Positions 19,381 to 29,239 of a stretch of 64,000 nt of DNA are shown piece after piece. A program made the position numbers and the translations under genes. The first letter of the stretch is position 1; each line of letters opens with the position of its first letter. The notes below the pieces were generated by a model, which ran no database searches, was not told where the DNA came from, and saw only the letters and a program-made list of their open reading frames with translations. The stretch comes from Candidatus Bathyarchaeota archaeon RBG_16_48_13 (GTDB lineage: Archaea > Thermoproteota > Bathyarchaeia > RBG-16-48-13): the NCBI GenBank assembly GCA_001775995.1, contig MEZH01000001.1, positions 49,468-113,467 of the forward strand. Direction: 5' to 3'.

Positions 19381-19472
19381 TCGCTTAGCCTCTCAAAGGG
19401 TTGTCAGTCAATCCATTTGTAAGGTTTAGTGTTTAAATGTTAGCCACGCAAATAAATTGAAGAGGTGCCGAC

Positions 19473-20318
19473 TTGTTTAGAAGCGTTGGTATATACGCTA
19501 GACCAGATAAGAAAGAAGCGCTTGGACTCGCCTCGGACCTTTGTAAGTATCTTGAAAATAAGGGCTTGGATGTTAAGATTTCCCCGCAGCTTGCTAGATT
19601 TATGAAAAAACCGAAGTCGGCCGTAGAATTGAAGGATTTGACATCTGACTTCATAATAGCGGTGGGTGGAGATGGCACAATTCTAAGAATATGCATGGAA
19701 ATCCCAAAATCAGATATACCATTGTTGAGCGTTAACATGGGGACAAAGGGATTCTTGACCGAAGTCACTCCGGAAGGAGCAAGAGAGGCAATTGACAGGT
19801 GTCTGAGAGGGAGATTTAATATAGAAAAATGCGTTAAGATTTCTACCTCTATAAGAGGTAGATCTATACCAGACGCTTTGAACGATGTTTTGATAACTGC
19901 TAGCACGCCTTCAAAAATGCTTCACATTGAGATTCTTAAAGATGGCATTAGCGCACTAAAAATTCATGCTGATGGAGTTCTTCTGGCAACTCCTGTTGGA
20001 TCTACAGGCTATTCTCTATCTGCTGGAGGTTCTGCTCTAGACTCAACATTAGAGGCATTTATTTTGACTCCTTTGTTTCCACTAGAGCCCACGAAACCAA
20101 TCGTTTTTTCTGATGCCAGTACTTTTCAAATCCGGTTATTGGAGGATAAACCGAAGGCTTTGATAATAGTTGATGGAACATACCAACAGAAGATCTCTCC
20201 TGATGACAATATTATGCTCAAGAAGTCGGATAAGATTGCGGCGTTCATTCGTTTTAAGGAGCATTTCCCTAAGAGACTGAGAAGTAGGCTCGCCTTCGCT
20301 GGGGAAGACTTTGGGTAA
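19473..20318 (+). CDS. nadK: NAD(+) kinase
   Basis: GGDGTIL, LNDV, DGVLLATPVGSTGYSLSAGG. Confidence 0.93.
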   Translation: MFRSVGIYARPDKKEALGLASDLCKYLENKGLDVKISPQLARFMKKPKSAVELKDLTSDFIIAVGGDGTILRICMEIPKSDIPLLSVNMGTKGFLTEVTPEGAREAIDRCLRGRFNIEKCVKISTSIRGRSIPDALNDVLITASTPSKMLHIEILKDGISALKIHADGVLLATPVGSTGYSLSAGGSALDSTLEAFILTPLFPLEPTKPIVFSDASTFQIRLLEDKPKALIIVDGTYQQKISPDDNIMLKKSDKIAAFIRFKEHFPKRLRSRLAFAGEDFG

Positions 20319-20865
20319 TTCCCCCCACTGGCAGTTGCTAATACTGGATGCTTCGGCCTTTATAATGGGCTATGAACCATCAAATATCAAGACAAAACAA
20401 TTTTCAGTTCCAAGCGTCCTTAGAGAACTGATACCTGAAAGCACCCCGTGGATACGTTTTATGATAGCGCTAGAAGGATGCCTCTTACAGGTCCAAGCAC
20501 CTACTGAGAGTTATTTAAAGGAAGTTGAAAAAGCCTCTGTAAAAGTCGGCGAAGGGAAGAAGCTCTCGGACACTGATCGTGATATCTTGGCATTAGCTTT
20601 GGAGCTCAAAGATAGGGGTAAGGAACCGGTCATAGTCAGTGATGATTATTCCATTCAAAATATTGCTGAGAGCAAAGGAATTCGGTATATCTCTCTGTCG
20701 ACATTGGGGATAAGATATCTTTTGAAACGGACTCTATACTGTCCAGCATGTTACAGACGATATCCGTCAAGCTATATCTCGGAAACTTGCAGAGTATGCG
20801 GTACCAAACTTAGGAGAAGGACCACAAGAAAGACCCTTGCAACGAGAGGGGAAAAAGGGGAGTAA
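20311..20865 (+). CDS. nob1: Nob1 PIN-domain rRNA endonuclease
   Basis: LDASAF, LSDTD, SDDYSIQN and a CPAC...CRVCG zinc ribbon. Confidence 0.9.
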   Translation: MGNSPHWQLLILDASAFIMGYEPSNIKTKQFSVPSVLRELIPESTPWIRFMIALEGCLLQVQAPTESYLKEVEKASVKVGEGKKLSDTDRDILALALELKDRGKEPVIVSDDYSIQNIAESKGIRYISLSTLGIRYLLKRTLYCPACYRRYPSSYISETCRVCGTKLRRRTTRKTLATRGEKGE

Positions 20866-20868
20866 AGC

Positions 20869-21567
20869 ATCAAGAGAATCCTTCTCATATCAGATATCCA
20901 CGCCAATCCTGTGGCTCTAGAGGCCGTTCTAAAGGATGCTGGAAGTGTGGATATGATAATCCATGCAGGGGACATTGTTGATTACAATCCATGGCCGATG
21001 GAAGCTCTTGACAAAATCAGAGACTTGAGCGTCATAAGCGTCAAGGGAAATCATGACAGAGATTCAGCAAGTGGAAAACCCGAGGGCTACAATGTCTATG
21101 CTAAAGCCAGCTGTTTATGGACGCATGAACAGTTAACATATGAAGCAAGAGATTATCTGTCTAGTCTACCTGAGAAAATAAAGCTGAATATAGATGGGTT
21201 GAACTTTTTCGTATGCCATGGCAGCCCGCGCTCTCTAATTGACGAATACATATACCCACCTCCAATCACCCCCAGAAATGTACTGTTGACATTTCTTGAC
21301 GAGACAGCAAGCGACATCATAATAATGGGTCATACTCACATTCCGTTTGTTGAAACATTTGCGGGAAGACGTGTCATAAATCCAGGGGGGCTTGGGCAGC
21401 CGCGAGATAATGTTCCTTTGGCAAGCTATACTATTCTAGAGATAGAGGACGAGAAAGTGAATGTCAAGCATCGGAGAATTGTTTATGATATCGACAAAGT
21501 TGCGCGGGAAATAAGAAGGAGAGGACTTCCGACTTTCTTGGCTCAACGGCTCTTTTGTGGAGTATAG
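20869..21567 (+). CDS. Calcineurin-like metallophosphoesterase (YfcE-like); no canonical start codon before motif I
   Basis: SDIHAN (upstream of the track's GTG), GDIVDY, GNHD, HGSP and GHTH. Confidence 0.85.
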   Translation: MKRILLISDIHANPVALEAVLKDAGSVDMIIHAGDIVDYNPWPMEALDKIRDLSVISVKGNHDRDSASGKPEGYNVYAKASCLWTHEQLTYEARDYLSSLPEKIKLNIDGLNFFVCHGSPRSLIDEYIYPPPITPRNVLLTFLDETASDIIIMGHTHIPFVETFAGRRVINPGGLGQPRDNVPLASYTILEIEDEKVNVKHRRIVYDIDKVAREIRRRGLPTFLAQRLFCGV

Positions 21568-21568
21568 T

Positions 21569-21836
21569 TCATTTTTTCGGTATACGCTTTACCTCAAATA
21601 CTACCCCGTTAGGATCAGGGGCAATGGGTATAGACTATGGATTTATCGCTTCCTTTTGCCCAAGGAAGATTGGCACCGCCAGTTAAGGCGGCAGCTTGCC
21701 AATACAAGTTGGTCGCTGCCTCCAAACAGGGCTTGCCATTAGTTGTTGTTCCATCGATCTCAAAATTCTCGCCAACTTTGTGACCATGCCCGCATTTGCC
21801 GACCTCTTTAACCGTTACCAATGATTTGTAGATCAT
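21569..21836 (-). pseudogene. TIGR04076-like small Cys protein with a frameshift before the C-terminus
   Basis: CGHGHKVGE...CLEA...HCP, then TGA; the continuation DPNGVVFEVKRIPKK follows one extra base in a C4 run. Confidence 0.7.
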
Positions 21837-21929
21837 ATTGCGTCGCCTGCTATGGAAGAAAAAGACGAGAAATTTAAGACTTGTCCTCGCGAATTGAAGA
21901 CAGCGGTAGCTCATTGATAATGAGCAAAT

Positions 21930-23234
21930 CTAGAAAGAGACCCTGATGGAACTAGGTTTCTTGCCAAAGATCTTCTCTGAGGCGTTCTGAACCTTTGCCC
22001 TATGCTGTGGAATGGTATAGACTCTAACAATGTTCACGTATCCTGCTAGAGCGTCAACAAGTTGAGATACTTCTGAGAGCCGTCTCAGGGTCTTGCTCCC
22101 ATCAGAATTCCGTTGGAATACTGGAATATCGCTGTTGAAGGTTTGAAGCGGGTTATAGGGAACGGATGGAACTGTTGGTACATCTATCATAATGTAATCT
22201 GGGTCCACCTCACTCTCGGTGCTTATGTCATCCACTATTTTTTCTCGTACCTCATCTCTACTAATGATGTTTGTGAAGAACTGATCCTTATGATGGAACA
22301 TGACCTCATACGTACATTTCAACAGATTCCTGTTGTTGAACCGCTTGGCAAAGTCATAGGATATTCTCAGTCGTTTGTCTCTTTCGCCTTTAAGGCTAAG
22401 AAGACCTTGCATGACGCTTGAGTCGTCAAGTTCTAGATACTCCTCGGGACTTCTAAAATCAGTCAAGTGGATCTCGTCACGCGCATATTCCATCGCTTTG
22501 ATGAGTAGTATTCCTGCAGCTCTGACCGTTCTGTGGAAGTAGACCGCCTTGAACATTTCATAACGCGCAATCAATAACGATTCAAGAGCATAGAAGGCGG
22601 TGAGATCCATAGCCAAAATACCATCGACCAACTCAACGGAGTTTATTAGCCTATTTACATCCACTCGTCCATATTCAACTCCTGTGAAATGAGAATCCCT
22701 TGGTAAATAGTCCAGAATGTCAGCGCTGAATTGACCTGCTATGATTTGATTGACGAAACTATTTTTGGTTTCTTTCAAAGAACCGATCGCTAACGTTGCC
22801 ATTTCCTTAGGTGAAAAGCCGTTACTTGATAAGATATCTTTGACCTCACTTTTCTTGACAAGCCACTCAGTTAGTTCCTCGTGGGTGGTGTCGCGATATT
22901 TTTCTAGAAGTTCTTCATATACATGGGAGAATGGTCCATGCCCTATGTCGTGTAGTAGACCGGCAATTCGAAGTTTTTCAACCAATTCAATGTCTATGTA
23001 CCCTTCTTGGACAAGATGGTTCGCAAATAGACCTGAAAGGTACATCACCCCCAGTGAGTGAACAAATCTGCTATGTTCTCCGCCTGCATAAGTTAGATGC
23101 GCACCTGCCAGCTGTTTTATTCTTCGAAGCCTTTGTAGAGGTAGCGCATCTATTATTTTTCGTTCAGCGTCAGTTATGTAGATGTAGCCATGAACTGGAT
23201 CTCGAATCTCACTAACCCAGTCTTTCATTGTCAT
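21930..23234 (-). CDS. HD-domain phosphohydrolase (SAMHD1/dNTPase-like)
   Basis: IRDPVHGYI, QRLRRIKQL, HSRFVHSLG, LLHDIGHGPFSH, YFHRTVR. Confidence 0.9.
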   Translation of the reverse strand: MTMKDWVSEIRDPVHGYIYITDAERKIIDALPLQRLRRIKQLAGAHLTYAGGEHSRFVHSLGVMYLSGLFANHLVQEGYIDIELVEKLRIAGLLHDIGHGPFSHVYEELLEKYRDTTHEELTEWLVKKSEVKDILSSNGFSPKEMATLAIGSLKETKNSFVNQIIAGQFSADILDYLPRDSHFTGVEYGRVDVNRLINSVELVDGILAMDLTAFYALESLLIARYEMFKAVYFHRTVRAAGILLIKAMEYARDEIHLTDFRSPEEYLELDDSSVMQGLLSLKGERDKRLRISYDFAKRFNNRNLLKCTYEVMFHHKDQFFTNIISRDEVREKIVDDISTESEVDPDYIMIDVPTVPSVPYNPLQTFNSDIPVFQRNSDGSKTLRRLSEVSQLVDALAGYVNIVRVYTIPQHRAKVQNASEKIFGKKPSSIRVSF

Positions 23235-23304
23235 TCCTCGTCTGTTCTTCTAATTCAATATCAAGGAATATACATAAATTGATTTAGGAGATTTAGTGAT
23301 TTGA

Positions 23305-23907
23305 GTGAAAGAATTGCGGGACCGAGGTGTCTTAATAGCTATTGAGGGCCTCGACGGCAGCGGAAAGACTACTCACGCACGAATTTTGAACGAAAACTTG
23401 AGAAGATATGGGTATAATTCTGAGTATACCAAGGAACCGTCCATTGGGAAGATAGGCAGCTTCATCCAAAGCATGATCCTCTATGGCAACATCATGACAG
23501 AACCTACGGTGGAAGCTCTACTCTTCGCTGCCGATCGTGTCGATCATATAAAGAGTTTTGTCGAACCTAGTCTCAGGCAAGGAAGAATTATCATATCAGA
23601 TAGATACGTTTACTCCTCGTTAGCTTACCAAGGAGCGAGAGGAGTCGACCTGAAGTGGCTGAGAAATATTAACGAGTTTGCGCCTAAAGCAGATATTAGT
23701 TTTTATATAGATGTACCACCAGAGGTCGCCTTAAGTAGAAAGAGAGGGACAAAAAGCGTATTTGAACGATTGGATTTTCAAACTAGAGTTAGAAACATCT
23801 ATTTGGAATTTGCAAGAGCGAAAGAACTACATTTGATAAGCGGCAATAATCCTCTAAATCGGGTACAGGAAGAGCTTCTGAGCAGTGTAGAGAATTTTCT
23901 CAGGTAA
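23305..23907 (+). CDS. tmk: Thymidylate kinase
   Basis: IEGLDGSGKTT, LLFAADR, DRYVYSSLAYQG. Confidence 0.95.
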   Translation: MKELRDRGVLIAIEGLDGSGKTTHARILNENLRRYGYNSEYTKEPSIGKIGSFIQSMILYGNIMTEPTVEALLFAADRVDHIKSFVEPSLRQGRIIISDRYVYSSLAYQGARGVDLKWLRNINEFAPKADISFYIDVPPEVALSRKRGTKSVFERLDFQTRVRNIYLEFARAKELHLISGNNPLNRVQEELLSSVENFLR

Positions 23908-23922
23908 GTTCGAAAATCGAAT

Positions 23923-24453
23923 CTAGACAACGCGCATATTCGAAATAATCAATCCTTTGAAGCCCGCTTTCTCCAACTTTTCGCTTATTTTCTTTAAGAT
24001 GTAGATGAGAAGTTCACGAATTTGAATTCTACGAACACCTTGCTCATGGAAAACCAAGATCTCAAAAGTCTTAGAAGAGAAGAGGAAACGCAATATGAAG
24101 TGATCAAATTTGAGAGGAACCCACTTCTCATTTTTGTTCCGGTGATATTTTACTATTAATAGAAAGTCAAGGATTGGCGAGGGATCGTTCCTAGTCAGCT
24201 GAAGCCAATACTGACTTACCTCATTGGGCTCTAAGTAATGGAAAAATGCGTCCTCAGCAATCCCAACCTCGAAGGAAGTAGCAACAACGAAATCTTCACT
24301 ACTATTGAATTCGAAAGCAGCGGTTTCCCTTATTGAGTTCAATTCACATAGACTCTGAATTATAAAGAATTGGATCTTATTGGAGACAAAGACATGAGTA
24401 AGTCTGGCTCGTCCATGGTATTTATTTGGGAAATTTACGTATCGCCCAAACAT
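23923..24453 (-). CDS. Hypothetical protein
   Basis: 176-aa ORF filling the gap between tmk and hef; family not recognised. Confidence 0.6.
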   Translation of the reverse strand: MFGRYVNFPNKYHGRARLTHVFVSNKIQFFIIQSLCELNSIRETAAFEFNSSEDFVVATSFEVGIAEDAFFHYLEPNEVSQYWLQLTRNDPSPILDFLLIVKYHRNKNEKWVPLKFDHFILRFLFSSKTFEILVFHEQGVRRIQIRELLIYILKKISEKLEKAGFKGLIISNMRVV

Positions 24454-24538
24454 ATCAGCTATTTATCCTTTCCAAAGAGATAAAAAGCATTTATCTTCAT
24501 CACTGGCTCTTACCAAGGATCGAAGATCTATATCTCAA

Positions 24539-24955
24539 ATGGCAGAAGAGTTTGCAGCGCCTTCATTAATTCATGGTGGGATTGCTGAAAGAAGAGAGTA
24601 TCAAGAGAGAATTGTTCAGACAAGGCTAAGAGAGAATACCCTAATAATTCTACCAACTGGCTTGGGCAAGACCGTTATTGCCGCCATGGTGGCAATCGAA
24701 AGATTGAGAACCTTTCCTGATGGACGAATTTTGGCCTGGGCACCAACCAAGCCCTTGGTTGAACAGCATTGTATGAGATTCAAAGAATTCCTAAATCGGA
24801 GAAAGTACAATGTTAGTAGCTACTCAAGTTGCTGAGAAAGGATTAGACATAAGCGAGCGCGACTTGGTGATCTTATGATAACGTTCCCAATACTATCCGA
24901 TTTATTCAACGCCGTGGCAGAACAGGGGAAACGAGTCAGGGCGCATCGTGATTCT
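24539..24955 (+). pseudogene. hef: Destroyed SF2 helicase half of Hef (large internal deletion plus frameshifts)
   Basis: Motif I LPTGLGKT and Ia APTKPLVEQH are followed immediately by out-of-frame relics LVATQVAEKGLDI and YDNVPNTIRFIQRRGRTG. Confidence 0.82.
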
Positions 24956-25771
24956 ATGGCAGAAAAACCAAAGGACGAAGCTTATTATTGGATAGCAAGG
25001 TCTAGAGAAAGGAAAATGCAGGAGAGTCTATCTAGCATGCACCAGAAAACGAAAAAGGATGCTGAACTACTCAAACTCGATCATTTCATTAGTCAGAGGA
25101 GGGGGGTTTCGATAATATCAAACGAAAAAAAGATTCATATTCATATGGACAATAGAGAGACCTCATCTCTCATTGCCAGAGAGCTTTTGACTCTAGGTGC
25201 TGATGTCAAGCTATCCAATCTGCCAGTTGGAGATTATATCCTTTCCGACAGAATAGCAGTGGAACGCAAGAATTCAAATGACATGATTTCATCGATCATC
25301 GACAGACGATTGTTTGACCAGTTGAAAGCTCTCAAAGAAGCGTATAGTGTTCCGCTTCTTCTTATAGAAGGAATTGACCTCTTGGGCATCAGAGGAATGC
25401 ATCCTGAAGCCATAAGAGGAGCATTAGCTAGTGTGGTTGTCGATTACGGGATATCGATATTATGGACGATGAATCAAATGGAAAGTGCTCAAATGCTCTA
25501 TACTATTGCTAAGAGAGAACAAACGGAAAGAGAGACTCGGGTCACAATACGGGGCGAGAAGAAGCCTCCCTCGATAAAAGAGATGCAGGAATTTTTGATA
25601 GCAGGTTTGCCAAACGTGGACTCAGTATTGGGTAAGCGACTTCTAGAGCACTTCGGAAGTGTGGAAGGAGTATTTTCTGCAACGAAAGAACGTTTAATGG
25701 AAGTACCAGGAATAGGAAAAAAGATTGCTGAAAAGATAAGGCTTGTTGCCTCTCATATGTACGGCAAGTGA
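24956..25771 (+). CDS. XPF/ERCC4 nuclease with (HhH)2 domain (intact C-terminal half of Hef)
   Basis: MDNRE, GDYILSDRIAVERK, LAGLPNV-like HhH, LLEHFGSVE, VPGIG; in-frame ATG at 24956. Confidence 0.82.
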   Translation: MAEKPKDEAYYWIARSRERKMQESLSSMHQKTKKDAELLKLDHFISQRRGVSIISNEKKIHIHMDNRETSSLIARELLTLGADVKLSNLPVGDYILSDRIAVERKNSNDMISSIIDRRLFDQLKALKEAYSVPLLLIEGIDLLGIRGMHPEAIRGALASVVVDYGISILWTMNQMESAQMLYTIAKREQTERETRVTIRGEKKPPSIKEMQEFLIAGLPNVDSVLGKRLLEHFGSVEGVFSATKERLMEVPGIGKKIAEKIRLVASHMYGK

Positions 25772-25772
25772 C

Positions 25773-26120
25773 TTATCGACTCCCTCGAATCCTCTTTATT
25801 CTCTCCAGAACCTCAAGAAATATGGAAAGCAGCGTGGCGATCTCCACGAGTTCTTTGGGGTCGTTCTTATCTGAAAGCTGCCTCTGAATTTCATCAATTT
25901 TCTTAGTAATGGTCAGCTCTATCTGATGCAAAACAAGGCCACCATCGAGAATCTCCGTTTCGCTATTATTTTTTGCGATTATGATCCTTTTGTTGCATTT
26001 TGGACAAATGATGTCGCCCCTAACTTGGAAGAGAATAGTACCACATTCTGGACAAGTTGAAGCGAGCATCTTAGCCCCTCCCTTGAGAAGCTCGGCCATC
26101 CGCTTCACTTGATCATTCAT
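25773..26120 (-). CDS. UPF0148 / Sjogren autoantigen-1-like zinc-ribbon protein
   Basis: MAELLKGGAKML...CPECG...CPKC. Confidence 0.82.
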   Translation of the reverse strand: MNDQVKRMAELLKGGAKMLASTCPECGTILFQVRGDIICPKCNKRIIIAKNNSETEILDGGLVLHQIELTITKKIDEIQRQLSDKNDPKELVEIATLLSIFLEVLERIKRIRGSR

Positions 26121-26174
26121 AGAATCACCTGGAGGACATGATTTCGAGGGTGTCTTTTCATCTATTCTTATATT

Positions 26175-26519
26175 TTGAACTATAAGTTTTTAATTAGTTT
26201 ATGTTCAAGAAGTGTGGTAGATTTGGGAGAGGTTATTTTGGCAGCCCGAAAAAAGAAATTGCAGGAATACTTGGACCGTATCAGTCAAGCTGTTCCTATA
26301 TTGAGCCGCGTATCTGAAGATTCTACAACACCAAGGAACATAAGGCGATCTGCAAAGTCGGCCATGGACGCGCTTCAGAGTTTGGAGTTCACTCCTGCTG
26401 TGCGGGCCTCAAATGCAATAGCTACACTAGACGAGATTTCTCAAGATCCAAACATGCCGCCTTATACCAGGGTTCAGATATGGAATGTGGTTAGCATTCT
26501 TGAAGCAATAAAGGACTGA
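26175..26519 (+). CDS. UPF0147 family protein
   Basis: DSTTPRNIRR and DEISQDPNMPPYTRVQIWNVVS. Confidence 0.85.
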   Translation: MNYKFLISLCSRSVVDLGEVILAARKKKLQEYLDRISQAVPILSRVSEDSTTPRNIRRSAKSAMDALQSLEFTPAVRASNAIATLDEISQDPNMPPYTRVQIWNVVSILEAIKD

Positions 26520-26653
26520 CTCTGCTTTACTATACATAATTCTAGAATACCATCAGCAAACGATTATTGCATATTACAATACTCTGCTAATGGTTTTGAA
26601 ATATTGTTAAAGATTTTTAGAGAGTTCTGTAAGAATTTGTATTAGGGATTGAG

Positions 26654-27658
26654 ATGTCAGTTGTAAATAGTGTGCTGGAGCTCATAGGGAATACTCCGCT
26701 CATGAAGCTGAATAGAATTACCGCAGACGTCCGCGCGAATGTCTTGGTAAAATGCGAATTTATGAACCCCAGCGGAAGCATAAAAGATAGAATGGCCCTT
26801 TGGATGATAGAAAATGCTGAAAAAGAGGGAAAACTGAAGAAGGAAGGGATGATAGTTGATTCCTCGACAGGAAATACTGGTATAGCTCTCGCATTCATTG
26901 GAAATGTGAAGGGATACAAAGTACGCATTTTTATACCTGAAAAATGGGGAGCTGAAGGGTACAGTCCTGAAGACAGATTGAAAATTATGCGATGTTTCGG
27001 TGCTGAAGTTGAGAAAGTTCCAGTTGAATTTGCAGCGACCCTAAAGCTAGCGGGTGGAGCTGCAGGTGGAGTAGTTGAACTTGGAGGAAGAAAGATTTGT
27101 TACGAAATGGAAAAGCAGGATCCAAAGGTTTGGTGGGCACGTCAGCTTTCAAACCCATACAACGTTTTAGCACATAAGAACACAACTGGTAAGGAGATTC
27201 TCGCCCAGACCCATGGGAAGGTTGATGCATGGGTGGCTTCGATAGGAACTGGCGGGACGTTACTCGGAGTCGCAGAGGCAATCAAAGAGGTGAATCCGCA
27301 CGTCAAGATAATAGGGGTGGAGCCAGAGGCTACGCCTCTGACTGAATGGTACAAAACGGGGGAAATAGACAGAGTTGTGGAGCAGCTAGGCTTGCCGAAA
27401 ACAAAGAACATAATCAACACTATACTTGATAGAAATATTCTTGATCGAGTAATAACCGTAAGCGACAAAGACGCTAGAGACACTGCAAACAAGCTTTGCG
27501 CAAATGAGGGGTTATTCTGTGGTCTATCCTCAGGAGCAAATGTTTATGCGGCATTGAAGATTGCAAAGGAATTAGGAACAGGAAATATAGTTACGGTATT
27601 GGTTGATAGAAGAGATAGATATCTCGGTGAGTTTCCAGAAGAGCATTACGTGACTTAG
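26654..27658 (+). CDS. PLP-dependent cysteine synthase-family enzyme
   Basis: IGNTPL, NPSGSIKDR, SSTGNTG, GTGGT, GLSSGAN. Confidence 0.88.
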   Translation: MSVVNSVLELIGNTPLMKLNRITADVRANVLVKCEFMNPSGSIKDRMALWMIENAEKEGKLKKEGMIVDSSTGNTGIALAFIGNVKGYKVRIFIPEKWGAEGYSPEDRLKIMRCFGAEVEKVPVEFAATLKLAGGAAGGVVELGGRKICYEMEKQDPKVWWARQLSNPYNVLAHKNTTGKEILAQTHGKVDAWVASIGTGGTLLGVAEAIKEVNPHVKIIGVEPEATPLTEWYKTGEIDRVVEQLGLPKTKNIINTILDRNILDRVITVSDKDARDTANKLCANEGLFCGLSSGANVYAALKIAKELGTGNIVTVLVDRRDRYLGEFPEEHYVT

Positions 27659-27885
27659 TGGCATGTTTACACGAAACCAGTCTTGATGCTCTTTCAAAAG
27701 AAAAAAATCCGATCATAACGTTCGAGTATATTTCTACATGTAATGCCAGCATTTTAACAGCGATTGTCAAAACTGCTTTCTTAGTATGCATGTGACTTTT
27801 GAAAAGTGCTCTCTAATATAGCATAGAAATGCTGGTAAAACTTAAGAGTACATATGCATTCTAACAACAGAGAAGGTTAAGCCTT

Positions 27886-28077
27886 ATGAGTAAGAAGGAC
27901 AAGTCGAAAAAGTCCGCACCAATGCCAGCTATGAGTGCAGGGTTGCTTCGTTTCTTTGAGGAGGAAACGACCGGAATAAAGGTGAAACCCGAGATTGTGA
28001 TGGCCATCGCGGCTGCTCTAATAATGCTAGCCATATTAGGACAACTGCAAACAAATGGTTTACTGCCCTTTTTCTAG
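27886..28077 (+). CDS. secG: Preprotein translocase subunit Sec61beta (SecG)
   Basis: MSAGLLRFFEEE...IKVKPEIV followed by one TM helix. Confidence 0.9.
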   Translation: MSKKDKSKKSAPMPAMSAGLLRFFEEETTGIKVKPEIVMAIAAALIMLAILGQLQTNGLLPFF

Positions 28078-29192
28078 CCATGAATAAAATTCATCAAGGA
28101 TGTCTGCTCTATAGTGGGCAGAGGGCGAGCAGCTATCTTGCATTCTTTTCTGATGTTTTGTGCCAGGACTTCAGAAGAGCCAAAGCAAGTGTAAACTCGA
28201 GAGGGATTAACCTCTTTAACATAGTCTATCAAGTGAGGATAGTCCGCATGGCTGCTTAATGGAAATGCGCCGTTCGGGGTCTTAAATCTCAATGCCCAGC
28301 CTGTAACCACGCTCCTTGCGGCTTTCCTCTCCGTTGGAATCATATTGCTGTTGCCATTAGATATCAAGTAAGCGCAATTACCGTGGCGAAGCAATTCTTG
28401 GCCTTCTTCCTCCGTAGAATCCAGAAAAACCAATTTGTGGTTGTATTTAGAATAGATATGACTTGCTCTGGCAATAGGGGGATCCACTACCACCGGAAGA
28501 TTGGTGAAGTCATTGAGCAAGGCGATAACCTCTTGCGCCTTTCCAATTGTATACAGCTGAAAGATGGGGACTCGGTTTTCCCTGATTTGTCTAATGACCC
28601 AACTAACAATATTGCCATAGGTGTCTTCTCGCTCGGGGAAAGCATAGAAAGGGTTACCGTAAGTGGCTTCCATTATAAGTATGTCACAATTGACGATGGA
28701 AGCTGACTTTGTCGTCAATGTTTCCAAGAGATTCATATCGCCAGTATAAATGATCGTACCAAAAGGCGTCCTAATTTGAAATTGTGCAGAACCTAAAATA
28801 TGTCCAGAATCATGGGGAACTATCTCAACATCATCAAACCTAATCTTATCTGAATAAGATAAGACCTTCTTGTTATCAGCCTTCGTTCTGGTTTTTGCTT
28901 CATAGAGTTCGCATGTTTCTTGAGTCGCAATCTTTTGATTCTTCGAATCAAAACCCTTTGTGTGATCATTGTGAGCGTGAGAAATAAATATTGAACCAGA
29001 AACCGTTTTCTTGCAATTCTGCGGATCAAATGTGAGGAGGGTGTCCCTAGTCGATATTACTATGCCATTGTTCCAGCCCACTTGGAGGTCTTTCAAAGAT
29101 GTAGATTTTCCCTCATTAACAATGGGAAGAGAAGGTGTAATTAAGAGTTGCCGGACTGAAAACTTTCTTAAGTACATCTCTAATAATCTCAC
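28074..29192 (-). CDS. MBL-fold / beta-CASP-like metallo-hydrolase
   Basis: SHAHNDH, SGHILGS, YTGD, EATYG and LSSHAD. Confidence 0.85.
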   Translation of the reverse strand: MRLLEMYLRKFSVRQLLITPSLPIVNEGKSTSLKDLQVGWNNGIVISTRDTLLTFDPQNCKKTVSGSIFISHAHNDHTKGFDSKNQKIATQETCELYEAKTRTKADNKKVLSYSDKIRFDDVEIVPHDSGHILGSAQFQIRTPFGTIIYTGDMNLLETLTTKSASIVNCDILIMEATYGNPFYAFPEREDTYGNIVSWVIRQIRENRVPIFQLYTIGKAQEVIALLNDFTNLPVVVDPPIARASHIYSKYNHKLVFLDSTEEEGQELLRHGNCAYLISNGNSNMIPTERKAARSVVTGWALRFKTPNGAFPLSSHADYPHLIDYVKEVNPSRVYTCFGSSEVLAQNIRKECKIAARPLPTIEQTSLMNFIHG

Positions 29193-29239
29193 TACCCCTA
29201 ACTAATCGTGTTCCTATAAAATGGAGGACGGTTGGAATA

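Noticed and set aside
27591-27791. 66-aa minus-strand ORF after the cysteine synthase gene
   Set aside because: It overlaps the 3' end of the synthase on the opposite strand, has no motif and lies in AT-rich intergenic sequence.
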